Source: Kiritimatiellota bacterium
Lineage (GTDB): Bacteria > Verrucomicrobiota > Lentisphaeria > Oligosphaerales > JAADHN01
Reading direction: 5' to 3'
Length of the DNA stretch: 64,000 nt
NCBI GenBank assembly: GCA_013151865.1
Contig: JAADHN010000048.1
Location: 35,673 to 99,672 of the forward strand
The translations under genes were made by a program, and so were the position numbers. Shown here in pieces: positions 28,328 to 37,708 of this stretch. The notes under the pieces are model-generated. The model worked only from the letters and a program-made list of their open reading frames with translations, did no database searches and was not told the DNA's origin. Position 1 is the stretch's first letter. Each line of letters begins with the position of its first letter.

Positions 28328-30628
28328 TCAGAAGAAATAGCCGATATTGAAATGGAGGCGTCCGCCGTTGTCTTTCAGGTGGTCTTCGTCGGTGACTACG
28401 GGCCAGCCGTAGTCCAGACGGATCGGTCCGATGGGCAGGTTCAATTGAATGCCGAGACCGACCGAAATGTTGAGTTCGGCGGGGTTCCAGGCCGCGGCAT
28501 CGCGCCAGACGTTGCCGTAGTCGCAGAACAAACTGCCCAAAACCCGCTCGTAGATGGGGTAGATCAGCTCGAATGTGCCTCGGAACAAAGACTTGCCGCC
28601 AACGGAATCCTCGTTGACGTCCACGGGGCCGACTTCCCGACGGTCGAATCCGCGGATCGAGTATGTACCGCCGGCAAAGTAGCGGTCGAAGATGGCCACC
28701 GGATCGCCGGACGTTTTATCGACCAGCCCGAGTTCCGCCTCGATTTTCAGAACGCACTGCCGAGGCAAGGGGATGTATTTGGCGCCTTCGACGCCGATTC
28801 GATAAACGTTGCTGTAGCTGCCCAACAGTTCCGGCTCGAGTTCGGCGGTTAGAGAGAGTCGGCTGCCGCTCGAGGGGTTCACGTACCGGTTCCTCGTGTC
28901 CCGGCTCAGGGACAGCATCAGCGAATTGGCTGTATAGCTGCCTTTTTCACTCGCAAGTTCCGTGCTCAGACCGTCGTCGAAATTGTGGAGTTCGATTTGC
29001 TGGGCGCGCAGGCCGACGGTCCCCCGCCAATAAGGCCACAGCGGGCGCGTTACGCGCACGGAGGCTCCGGTACGAGCCTCGCTGTACTGGTCCTGGTCGC
29101 GGTCGTGCCGAAAGAGGTCGATCCCGAGGCGGAGGCGCCGCTCCAGCCACCAGGGCTCAGTGAAGGAGAGCAGGAAATCGTCGCGCTCCGTTCCCGCCTG
29201 CAGTCGCAACCGCAATCGCTGCCCGCCCCCGATGAAATGCGGCCAATTGCGCCAGTCGAAATTCGCCTGGGTGATCTCGAAACTCCCCAGCAAGGCCTCT
29301 TCGCTCGAGAACCCGGCGCCCAGGCTGAGCTGGCCGGTACGTTTTTCCTTGACCGTGACCAAAATGTCCTTGGTCCCCTCCTGTTCCGTGGCGATCGGGC
29401 TGATGTCCACCGACTCGAAGTAGTTCAAGTTCATGAGGCGGGAACGGGAGCTGCGAATCTTGGCCGCATTGCCCAGGTCGCCGGGGAGAATGGCCAGTTC
29501 ACGACGAATGACGCGGTCTTTCGTCACTTGGTTGCCCCGGATGAAGATGTCCCGAATGTGGGACGGCGCCCCCTCCCGGATGCGGTACTCGATTGCCACC
29601 GTATGGGCCGAGCTGTCCGTGATATGCCGCGGGTAACACGCGAAATCGAGATAGCCGTAAACCTCGTACTTCGAGCGGATCCTGCGGACGTCGCCCCGTT
29701 CGATTTTCGAATTGAAGATACCGCCCGGTTTCTGCCGGACCATTCGCATCAATTCGTCCGAACTGAAGCGGCGGCAACCCGTGACTTCCACTTTGGCGAC
29801 TTTGTAGGGGGCCCCTTCGTCGAGATGAAAGATCAACCGGACCTTGGTGCCCTTCTTGTTGGGAACACGTTCGATCTTGACCACCCGGAAATCCAGGTAT
29901 CCCTGCTCGGTGTAGAGCACGCGCAGCCGGTCTTTGTCTGCGGCCAGCTCGTCATCGTTCAGGTAACCGGTTCGAAAGAACAAACCCCAGAAAGTCGGTT
30001 TCGAGCGGATTGTTTTCTTCAGGGTCTTGTAATCGAACGCCGTATTGCCCCGGAACTCGAGGCCCCGCACCTTGTACCGGTGACCTTCCTGGATTCGGAA
30101 GACGAGGTTCACCTGGTCCGTGTTGGGAATGCTTTGAACCGAGGGGGTGACCCGAACCTGGTAGAACCCCGAATCCCGGTAGCGTTTCCGGACGGCCTCG
30201 GCGTCTTCCATCATTCGCGTTTCATCGAGAATCACCCCTTCTCCGTGCTTCATCAGTTGCCGCAGCCGCTTGGTCTTGAAGTGATGATTACCTTCGAGGA
30301 CGATTTTTCGAACGGTGGGTTTGGGGGCGATCTTCAGCCGGATTGTGACGCGATCCGGGGCCGTCCGGATCAGTTCGGTCTGCACGTCCGCGATGAACCC
30401 GGTGCGATACAGACGCTTGATGTCCTCGGACAGGCGTTCCCGGGAGAATTCCGTGCCCTCCCGGCTGGTCATATTCGCCCGCACCAGTTCTTCGGGCGCG
30501 GGCCCCTTGCCGGAGGAAACGATCAGGATCTTGTCGATGACCGCCGCCCCGATCCCGGTCGATCCAAGCCCCGCCGCCAGCAGCAGCGACAAAAGGGCCA
30601 TCCGACACACGCGAAGCCCCTGATTCAT
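28328..30628 (-). CDS. bamA: Outer membrane protein assembly factor BamA (Omp85)
   Basis: Track ORF with SD AAGGAG and a signal peptide (MALLSLLLAAGLGSTGIGA). POTRA repeats are present (IKRLYRTGFIADV, VRKRYRDSGFYQVRV, LRVLYTEQGYLDFRV). The C-terminal barrel ends in HFNIGYFF. Confidence 0.9.
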   Translation of the reverse strand: MNQGLRVCRMALLSLLLAAGLGSTGIGAAVIDKILIVSSGKGPAPEELVRANMTSREGTEFSRERLSEDIKRLYRTGFIADVQTELIRTAPDRVTIRLKIAPKPTVRKIVLEGNHHFKTKRLRQLMKHGEGVILDETRMMEDAEAVRKRYRDSGFYQVRVTPSVQSIPNTDQVNLVFRIQEGHRYKVRGLEFRGNTAFDYKTLKKTIRSKPTFWGLFFRTGYLNDDELAADKDRLRVLYTEQGYLDFRVVKIERVPNKKGTKVRLIFHLDEGAPYKVAKVEVTGCRRFSSDELMRMVRQKPGGIFNSKIERGDVRRIRSKYEVYGYLDFACYPRHITDSSAHTVAIEYRIREGAPSHIRDIFIRGNQVTKDRVIRRELAILPGDLGNAAKIRSSRSRLMNLNYFESVDISPIATEQEGTKDILVTVKEKRTGQLSLGAGFSSEEALLGSFEITQANFDWRNWPHFIGGGQRLRLRLQAGTERDDFLLSFTEPWWLERRLRLGIDLFRHDRDQDQYSEARTGASVRVTRPLWPYWRGTVGLRAQQIELHNFDDGLSTELASEKGSYTANSLMLSLSRDTRNRYVNPSSGSRLSLTAELEPELLGSYSNVYRIGVEGAKYIPLPRQCVLKIEAELGLVDKTSGDPVAIFDRYFAGGTYSIRGFDRREVGPVDVNEDSVGGKSLFRGTFELIYPIYERVLGSLFCDYGNVWRDAAAWNPAELNISVGLGIQLNLPIGPIRLDYGWPVVTDEDHLKDNGGRLHFNIGYFF

Positions 30629-30856
30629 GGAATGCTCCTTCGTCTTTGGCAGCCGCAGAAGAGCGGGAACGCCCCTGGCGGGCCCCGGTCGACCCGCAGT
30701 CCCTTCCCCGGCGGCGGGGATCTCCCGGACAATCCCCGTAATCTACCGTGGTAACCCCAAGGTGGCCAGAAGTTGAGGGAGCTTTCCAGCCTGATGAACT
30801 CGGGACGTGGGGGAAACTGAACCGCCGGGGATTGTGTTCAGACCTCAGTAGATTGA

Positions 30857-31032
30857 TTGAGCTTGGAGGTCTGTAAAGTTGGATTCTCTTTTTTGGACGG
30901 ACTCCCGGGAATGGGTGTGGGCGACTGCGTTACAGTTTCGCGCGAATTTGAGCTTGGAAGCGTCATCTTCTGTAAAGTGTCGCCCACATTGGCGGTGACT
31001 GCGACAAAAAAAGAGGGCATTCTGCTTTACAG
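30857..31032. repeat. Short repeated motifs inside a lower-GC non-coding island
   Basis: TTGAGCTTGGA occurs at 30857 and 30948. CTGTAAAG occurs at 30871 and 30970, its reverse complement CTTTACAG at 31025, and the related GCGTTACAG at 30927. There is also a hairpin, CAGACCTC-N19-GAGGTCTG (30840-30874). Confidence 0.7.
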
Positions 31033-31380
31033 CGTTACCGAGTTCTGGTGTTGCGCCGGGACTTGAAGGTCCAGTGCTTGTTCCCTTGTTCGAAGCCAGA
31101 AGACTTGACTCTCGCAAAAGCGCAAAGAACGCCAAGGAAGGAAAGGGGAGGAACCGAGACGGGATTACAGGATTGACAGGACGGAATGTTATCCGGTTCA
31201 TCCAGTTGATCCTGTCCAGGGCGTTCTCTGCGGTCTCCGCATCTCGATCCCGCCGAGCGGGAGGGCGAGAGAAATCCGGAATTCGAACGCGTCGATGTGG
31301 AGGGACGCTCGAAAACTCGCGTCGCTCCTCGTACCGTTCCTGCGGCGGAATCGGACCGTGCCGGGACCTGCCGGGGGCGG

Positions 31381-34300
31381 CTACGGTGCGGCCTGGGGCT
31401 GAGGTTTGTAATCAATGACGAGCACGGGCGGTCGGCCGCCTTCCCGGCTGCCGTACGCCGTTCCATCGCAAGACAAAGGGTCGAGCACAATGCTGAGTTC
31501 GCTCTTGCCGCTCAGGTCCACCTTGAGCGGTATTTCGACCCGTTGACCGCGTCCGACCCGGCCGATTCGACCCAGCTCAGGGCCGGGCTTGGGGCGATTG
31601 CTATACGTGAGTGTGCTTTCCTGCCAAGGGCCATCGACCCGGCAGATGCGTCCTGCGTCGCCGCTTTCCGCACCGGGGTTTTCCGAGACTTGAAGCCGAA
31701 GCTTGACGGACTTGGTGACGCCGTGGAAGGGGTCGAACCGGAAACGGATGTAGGCCAGACTGTGATCCCGGTCTCCCATCTTGGCTGCCCCGCCGTCGAC
31801 GCTGAGGACACCTTGTTTGCCCAGGTTTGTGGTGGGCTGTTTTTGCCGGACGAAGGCGTCCTCGGTCGCTCGAACCACCAGTCGGTCGAGCGGTCCGAGG
31901 TATTCGATCCGGGTTTGCCGTGCGATCTCGACCGTCCCGTCCGCACGCACCAGGCTGAAGCGGACTTTCAAGTTCCCGGGTTTGCCCGCCCGAACCACTC
32001 GCAGCTCGACCGGCACTGAGATTCGCCCGCCGGAATCGATTTCCAGCGCCTTTTCCGCAGGATAGGCCGCGAGTCCCGGGGGCGCAACAATCCGCAGAGA
32101 TCCCTTGAATGGACGGCCGGTGTCGTTTGCCAGGCGTACCGCCCCGGTCTGCTTCGGTTTGGCGTCGCTGAGCAGATAGTCCGGAGCGGCCATGCCGACC
32201 GACAAGACACGGGTGCGCTCGATCCGGAGGAACTGGAGAATCGGCGCGGCGCCGGCAGGCGGGTTGCCTCCGTTTTTCGAAACGAACTCGACCACCATTT
32301 TGTCTTGCACCGGAATGTCTTCAAATGTCTTTGTCGCGGCCCGGTCCGCACCGCCTGCGGCCCGGAAGGGATCAAACGCCGCCAGCGCTGTCTTGCCCTG
32401 CAACTTGATATCGAACACGCGCCGGTCCGGCGCGGCGTCGGCGGCGGTGTCCGCAAACCCGAGCACGACCCGATACAGGGAGGGACCGTCCGCCTCGCCG
32501 AGCAAGGGGACTTCGAAACGCCGGATGCGCCGTGCCCCGGAGGCGAAAAGCCAGGGAGTGTCGGTACGGTCGATTTTAACGGTTTCCGGTCGCGACCTGT
32601 AGTAGCCGCCGCCGGGATAGAAGGAAATCGAGGCGGGGAAGGTGTATACCAGGGCGCCTCGAGGTCGGGGGAAGCCAAGCCACAGCCGCCCTTCATGGTC
32701 CTTCCGGTCGCCCGGCGCGCCCAGGTTGAGAGCCAGGTTCCGGACCGGCTTCGTGGGGCCGGGGGAACTGTAGAACGCCCATGGCTGCTGTTTTCCCGCC
32801 ATGTGCTTGAAGACCAGCGTGGTTTGGAGAGGGAACGGGCAGAGGCATCCGGAGCTGGCCTCTGGCACCACCAGAAGCCCGTTCGCCGGGATGAAGTTGA
32901 TCCAGCAGCCGGTGCGCTGCCCCCCGAAATGGGTCGTGCCGTAGTCTGCGTTCAAGTCATACCAAGCCAGGCAGTACGAACGGAAGAAGAGCATGTTGGG
33001 CGCCGCGGCCGGACACCCGCAGTGGTGCCCGGGACGGGCGAACTGCCACGGCGCCGGCTTGCCGGACACCGGATCGAGGCGCTTCTTCTGCCGACCGGTG
33101 AGCAGGTCGTAGGCCCACGGCTCGGCGTAGAGTGTCCGCTCTATCACCACGGGTCGGACCCGGTACCCGATCCGTTGGGACCAGAGCACACGCCCGTCCT
33201 GCACGGACAGGGCGACGACCCGACGTTTGTTGAATTGTCCAGCGTAGAACTCTTTCCAGTAGTGCCCGTCGGTGTAAACCCCGAAGATGAGCAGCACGCC
33301 CCGGGTTGCCATGGTGCCCAAAGTAACGTAATGGCCCGGCAGAGCGCACCCGGTCAAATCCATGGGGCGCCGCCACAGGAGTTTTCCGGTTTTCGCGTCC
33401 AAGGCGTTGACGGCATAGACCGTGGCGGACTTCAGTTCCGCTTCGGCTGTCCGTCGGGCCTCGCCTTCGAGTTTGGCGGCCGTTGCGGCCCGGGCGGCCA
33501 ACGCCTTGTTGCGCTCTTGCGGCGCCACCGTCATGTCCACGAACAGGAATCGGCCGGCATCGATGGAAATCGAGGAATCGGCCACATTCCGTGCCCGGTG
33601 GAGCCAAACCCGCTTCCCCGTTTCGGGATCCACGGCGAAAACGGCGTCGGCAGCCCGTGGGTTCAGGCTGCGGCTGCCATAGACGAGATTGTTGGCGAGC
33701 GCCAGGTATCCCCACTGGCGGGGTTTGCCGTCGTCGCCCGGCGGGGCCTTTAACCTGACGAGAGTCTTGCCGGTTTCGGCATTCAGTCGCAGGCATTCCC
33801 CGCCAATGGCGAGGAAGAGGCTGTCCGGACCGGCCACCATGTTGCTGGCGCGGTATGACGCGCCTCGGCGGGTCACGCCCGGCAGGTTTCGGCGCCAGAG
33901 CCGAACGCCGTTATAGGCATCGTAGGCCGTGACCACGTTATATCCTTCCCGGAAGAAGCGTCCGTTGATGGAAACGGGCGCCACCACACGGGCATGGCGG
34001 TCGACGGCGTTGTAGGGGCCGGGGTCGCCGAACCAAAGCAGACCGAGCGGGCCGCGCACGAGCCGATCATCGCTGCAGGTAGTGTTGCCGGGGTTGGCGT
34101 ACTCGTGGGTCCAGCTCCCGGCCCCCGCCAGCGGACCCCGGACGATTCGTCCCCACAGTCCATTCTGCTTCACGATTTCCACCTTTCCGGGGCCGGCCCC
34201 GGAAAGCCATGTCCGGAGTCCCGGCGAATCGAGCCGCCCCGCTGCGGGCGCGCCGTCCGGGAGGCCGATCACGGCGGCGCCCCCGAGCGGTTTAAGCAGC

Positions 34301-36153
34301 CGGTACAGTTCCGCCGGGGCGGGGGCGCCATCCGCACCTTTTTCGCCGAGTCCTCGGAGCAGGATCGTATCGGAGACGATCAGGTTGGCGAAGTAGTCCG
34401 AGAACGGTACGTCCCGAAGCGGTCCCCGCAGGATGGTGACGCGATCGCCGTAGACGCCGGCCGCATCCAGGGCCCGGCGTGCGCGTTCGACCTTGTCGGG
34501 GTCGGGTTCGATCCCGATCACATGAAGCTCGGACCGGCGGGCGATCTCATACGCCAGTCGTCCGGTTTCGGCGCCCAGCACCAGGCAGTACCCCTTGCGT
34601 GCCCCCGAGAGGTCGAGGGCCGTGCGGGCCGCGGCGGCATACACCGGCGAGAGCCTGTCCGTCGGGTATGGATCCGGACGGGGCGCCTGCCGCACGTAGC
34701 GGACCGGCCCGCTCTTGCCCGCTCCGAAACAAACGAGTGCCCCCGTATCCGTGCTGACGATCAGCCGCCCGTTTGCCGCTGCGAGGCCTTTGGCACGACC
34801 CGGCACAGTGCCTGTCCACAGTTTCTTGCCGCTGGCACTGTCGATAGCTTCGACTTTGCCGGCGCCGCCCACGAAAATGGCCGAGCCCGCCATGATCATG
34901 GCATCTTCGCAATCGGACGGCGTACGCCAGAGCACCGCCGCGGCAAGCTCGCGCTCGAGTCGGGCTTTGCGCTCCTGCAGTTGCTTCAGTTGCTTCTCGT
35001 TCGCGGCGATGGCGGCCTCGTCCTTGCGCCGTCGTGCCGTGCGCAGGTTCCGTTGGACCCCGGGAAGCTGATCGAGAAGGGCGGCCCGTTGCAGGCTGGC
35101 CTTGCCCTGCCGGACGCGGTCAATGGCTTTGATTTCGCCGTTGCCCGCCAAGTACGCTGTCTTGTCCTTGACCAAGAGTTGGCGTCCCCAAAACCAAGCC
35201 AGTCGGTCCCCGGGCAAGTTCTCGTTCATCGCAACGATCTCGTCCGTGCCCGTGTACAACCGCCCCCCCGCCAGCAAAGCGTAGGTCCCTCCGATGCGGT
35301 GATTGACGAACGTCTGGAACGCCACCTTGCCGGTGGCACGGTCCAAGGCCGCCGGCGGCACGCGCCCCTGCGGAACGTACAGCCGTGTTTTGGACGCGAG
35401 AAGGTAGCCCTGCGGCGAGAATCGGCTGGACGGCCCGACCCCGGCGCAGGTGTCGTTTCGCCAGATCGTCTTGCCCGTGTCGGCCCGGACGGCGTGCATG
35501 ACCACGCCCTCTTCGGGAAAGAGCCCGGCCCCGAAGTACGCCGTGCCGTTGTCCACCAGGATTCCGCTGCGCACGGGCCAAAGCGAGATCATCCGGCCGT
35601 TGCCCAACAGCAGGCGGCGGCCCAAAGTCGCGGAGATCTTCCAGACCTCACGGCCGTCGCGGCCGTCCAGGCAATAAACGAACCCGTCGTCCGAACCGGC
35701 GTAGACCTTGCCCTGCCATATCGTGGGCGCCAGTCGGACCGGGCCTCCCGTGAACCGGCCCCAAATCAGTTTACCGGAGTTCAGATCCAGGGCGTTGATC
35801 TTGCCTGTAGCCGATGAACCGAAGTACACGGAGTTTCCGGCCACGGCCACTTGGTACGCATCGTCGAAGCGGGTCCGGGGGCCTTCGGTGAGGCCGTACC
35901 AGCCCCCGACGGGACGGGGGTTCGACTTGTCCCAGGCCGGTTCCGGGGCGTGAGCAGGCTCGAAGATCCATTGGGGGGAAAGAGGCAGGGAGAGCCGTTC
36001 GGACGTGATGCCGCTGCGCGCGATGTCGTGCCGATACGTTGGCCAGTCCTCTCCATGGACCGGCCCGGCAAATGCGGCGACCAGGAGCGGACTCGCATAC
36101 AACCAAAAGGACCGTACCCGCCGCAAGACCCTTTGGGCGATAGTAATCTGCAT
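31381..36153 (-). CDS. 1590-aa exported mosaic protein (paralog B). Order: PQQ propeller, class-I SAM-methyltransferase fold, PQQ propeller, malectin-like domain, DNRLRE/CBM-like C-terminal domain.
   Basis: Track ORF with SD GGGAGG and signal peptide FWLYASPLLVAAFAGPVHG/ED. The MTase motifs sit at about aa 505-640 (nt about 34236-34641): GYCLVLGAETGRLAYEIA, LHVIGIEPD, VPFSDYFANLIVSD, LYRLLKPLGGAAVIG. The malectin-like block is LNLGAPGDRKDHEGRLW ... RRVFDIKLQGKTALAAFDPFRAAGG. The DNRLRE-like tail is EDAFVRQKQPTTNLG...SLAYIRFRFD...WQESTLTYSNRPKPG. Confidence 0.85.
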   Translation of the reverse strand: MQITIAQRVLRRVRSFWLYASPLLVAAFAGPVHGEDWPTYRHDIARSGITSERLSLPLSPQWIFEPAHAPEPAWDKSNPRPVGGWYGLTEGPRTRFDDAYQVAVAGNSVYFGSSATGKINALDLNSGKLIWGRFTGGPVRLAPTIWQGKVYAGSDDGFVYCLDGRDGREVWKISATLGRRLLLGNGRMISLWPVRSGILVDNGTAYFGAGLFPEEGVVMHAVRADTGKTIWRNDTCAGVGPSSRFSPQGYLLASKTRLYVPQGRVPPAALDRATGKVAFQTFVNHRIGGTYALLAGGRLYTGTDEIVAMNENLPGDRLAWFWGRQLLVKDKTAYLAGNGEIKAIDRVRQGKASLQRAALLDQLPGVQRNLRTARRRKDEAAIAANEKQLKQLQERKARLERELAAAVLWRTPSDCEDAMIMAGSAIFVGGAGKVEAIDSASGKKLWTGTVPGRAKGLAAANGRLIVSTDTGALVCFGAGKSGPVRYVRQAPRPDPYPTDRLSPVYAAAARTALDLSGARKGYCLVLGAETGRLAYEIARRSELHVIGIEPDPDKVERARRALDAAGVYGDRVTILRGPLRDVPFSDYFANLIVSDTILLRGLGEKGADGAPAPAELYRLLKPLGGAAVIGLPDGAPAAGRLDSPGLRTWLSGAGPGKVEIVKQNGLWGRIVRGPLAGAGSWTHEYANPGNTTCSDDRLVRGPLGLLWFGDPGPYNAVDRHARVVAPVSINGRFFREGYNVVTAYDAYNGVRLWRRNLPGVTRRGASYRASNMVAGPDSLFLAIGGECLRLNAETGKTLVRLKAPPGDDGKPRQWGYLALANNLVYGSRSLNPRAADAVFAVDPETGKRVWLHRARNVADSSISIDAGRFLFVDMTVAPQERNKALAARAATAAKLEGEARRTAEAELKSATVYAVNALDAKTGKLLWRRPMDLTGCALPGHYVTLGTMATRGVLLIFGVYTDGHYWKEFYAGQFNKRRVVALSVQDGRVLWSQRIGYRVRPVVIERTLYAEPWAYDLLTGRQKKRLDPVSGKPAPWQFARPGHHCGCPAAAPNMLFFRSYCLAWYDLNADYGTTHFGGQRTGCWINFIPANGLLVVPEASSGCLCPFPLQTTLVFKHMAGKQQPWAFYSSPGPTKPVRNLALNLGAPGDRKDHEGRLWLGFPRPRGALVYTFPASISFYPGGGYYRSRPETVKIDRTDTPWLFASGARRIRRFEVPLLGEADGPSLYRVVLGFADTAADAAPDRRVFDIKLQGKTALAAFDPFRAAGGADRAATKTFEDIPVQDKMVVEFVSKNGGNPPAGAAPILQFLRIERTRVLSVGMAAPDYLLSDAKPKQTGAVRLANDTGRPFKGSLRIVAPPGLAAYPAEKALEIDSGGRISVPVELRVVRAGKPGNLKVRFSLVRADGTVEIARQTRIEYLGPLDRLVVRATEDAFVRQKQPTTNLGKQGVLSVDGGAAKMGDRDHSLAYIRFRFDPFHGVTKSVKLRLQVSENPGAESGDAGRICRVDGPWQESTLTYSNRPKPGPELGRIGRVGRGQRVEIPLKVDLSGKSELSIVLDPLSCDGTAYGSREGGRPPVLVIDYKPQPQAAP

Positions 36154-36198
36154 TTCGCTTGCCTCCCGGTTCGCCCGGGGGCGCGGCGCCGCCCGGGT

Positions 36199-37563
36199 CT
36201 ACAACAATTCTCTCTCGGTTTCGGCAATCGCCTCCTCGATCAGCGTCATCGCCCTGTCCGCGACTTCCTCGGGCATGACGATCGAGGGACTCATGCGCAG
36301 AATATGGCCTGCCGGTATCCAGGCAAGTCCGTTCCGAAACGCTTTTCGATAGACGAGTGTGCCGGCTTCCGGAAAAGGCTCTTTTGTGCTCTTGTCCCGG
36401 ACCAGCTCGACCCCCATCAGACACCCTTTGCAGCGCACGTCTCCGACAATCCGGTACCGCTCTTTCCAGGCCGCCATCCGCCGTGTGAAGAGTGACTCGA
36501 GTTCGAGCGCATGGGCCAACAAGCCTTCCTCTTCAATGGTTTCGACGACCGCCAGTGCCGCGGCGCACGCCATGGGGTTGCCGCCGTAACTGCTCGAGGC
36601 GGAAATGCGTTCAAACGACTCGGTGTACGGGGCCCGGACCGCCACGGCCGTCACTGGAAATCCGTTGCCCAGTCCTTTCCCGAGCGTGACCACGTCCGGC
36701 GTGACGTCCCAATGTTCGAGCGCCAACCACTTGCCGGTCCGCCCCATGCCCGTAAGCACTTCGTCCGCCATGAGTAAAATACCGTGCTTCTCGCACAAGT
36801 CTTTGAGTTTCGGAAAGAAATCGTCCGGCGGCATGACCGAGCCGCCCCAGCCCTGGATCGGTTCAAGCACGAACGCCGAGACCTGGTGGGCCGTGCCCCG
36901 ATCCAAGTATTCCTCGTAGAACTCGATATACCGGTCCGTGTCGATCATCCCGTCCGGCCGCGTCCAGTGAGGGCGGTACGGGTCCGGTCGCGGCACCATA
37001 TGGAACCCGGGCGCGCGCGCCGGGCCATATACCGGCGAACGCATCTGGGCCAGTGAAACGGCCCCGTACGTCTTGCCGTGAAAATCGTAGAAGCAGGAAA
37101 CGAATTCGTGTCGGCCGGTGGCGGCGCGGCACACGCGCAGGCCGGCTTCGACGGCCGCCGTGCCGCAGTCGTAGAACTGGAACCCGGACAAGTCGCCGGG
37201 CAGGATTTCGGCCAGTTTTTCCACAAGGCGTGTTTTGATCTCGGTGGTGAAGTCGTGACAGTTCATCAGTCGTGCGGCGTACCGCTGCACCGCTTCCGTG
37301 ACCCGTGGGTGGCAATGGCCGAGCGTCGTCACGTAGATGCCGGACGAGAAATCGATATATCGATTGCCGTCCACGTCCGTGAGCGTGCAGCCCCGGCCGG
37401 ACTCGAAGGCTACCGGGAAGAGCTTGACCTGGCTGCTCAAGCCCTTGAAATACGTCGTGCACCGGCCGTGCAATTCTCGAGATCTCGGTCCTGGCGGCTC
37501 GCAGACCATTGACGGCCATTCGCGCGGATCGAGCTGGTAAGGAGCGGAATCGTAACCGGCCAT
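36199..37563 (-). CDS. Class-III PLP-dependent aminotransferase (aspartate aminotransferase superfamily, GABA/ornithine-AT-like)
   Basis: Track ORF. Motifs are SGIYVTTLGHCHP, LMADEVLTGMGRTGKW and the PLP lysine in VVTLGKGLGNGFP. Its stop lies only 45 nt before the start of the 1590-aa gene. Confidence 0.9.
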   Translation of the reverse strand: MAGYDSAPYQLDPREWPSMVCEPPGPRSRELHGRCTTYFKGLSSQVKLFPVAFESGRGCTLTDVDGNRYIDFSSGIYVTTLGHCHPRVTEAVQRYAARLMNCHDFTTEIKTRLVEKLAEILPGDLSGFQFYDCGTAAVEAGLRVCRAATGRHEFVSCFYDFHGKTYGAVSLAQMRSPVYGPARAPGFHMVPRPDPYRPHWTRPDGMIDTDRYIEFYEEYLDRGTAHQVSAFVLEPIQGWGGSVMPPDDFFPKLKDLCEKHGILLMADEVLTGMGRTGKWLALEHWDVTPDVVTLGKGLGNGFPVTAVAVRAPYTESFERISASSSYGGNPMACAAALAVVETIEEEGLLAHALELESLFTRRMAAWKERYRIVGDVRCKGCLMGVELVRDKSTKEPFPEAGTLVYRKAFRNGLAWIPAGHILRMSPSIVMPEEVADRAMTLIEEAIAETERELL

Positions 37564-37708
37564 TCGAGTATTCCTTGCCTTTTTCCGCCTGCCAAGCCGC
37601 CGGAGGAGGTGATTTCAAGACTCCACAGGGTCCTGCGGCGCCCTTTGCTTCGGAGAATCTGCGGTCCGACAAGCGTCCCACGGCCCGGCGCCCGTCGCAA
37701 GCGGGCGT

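Noticed and set aside
32305-35817. Plus-strand ORFs of 482 and 607 aa (32305..33753 and 33994..35817)
   Set aside because: Both are antisense to the 1590-aa gene, whose frame carries multiple recognisable domains. These are shadow ORFs.
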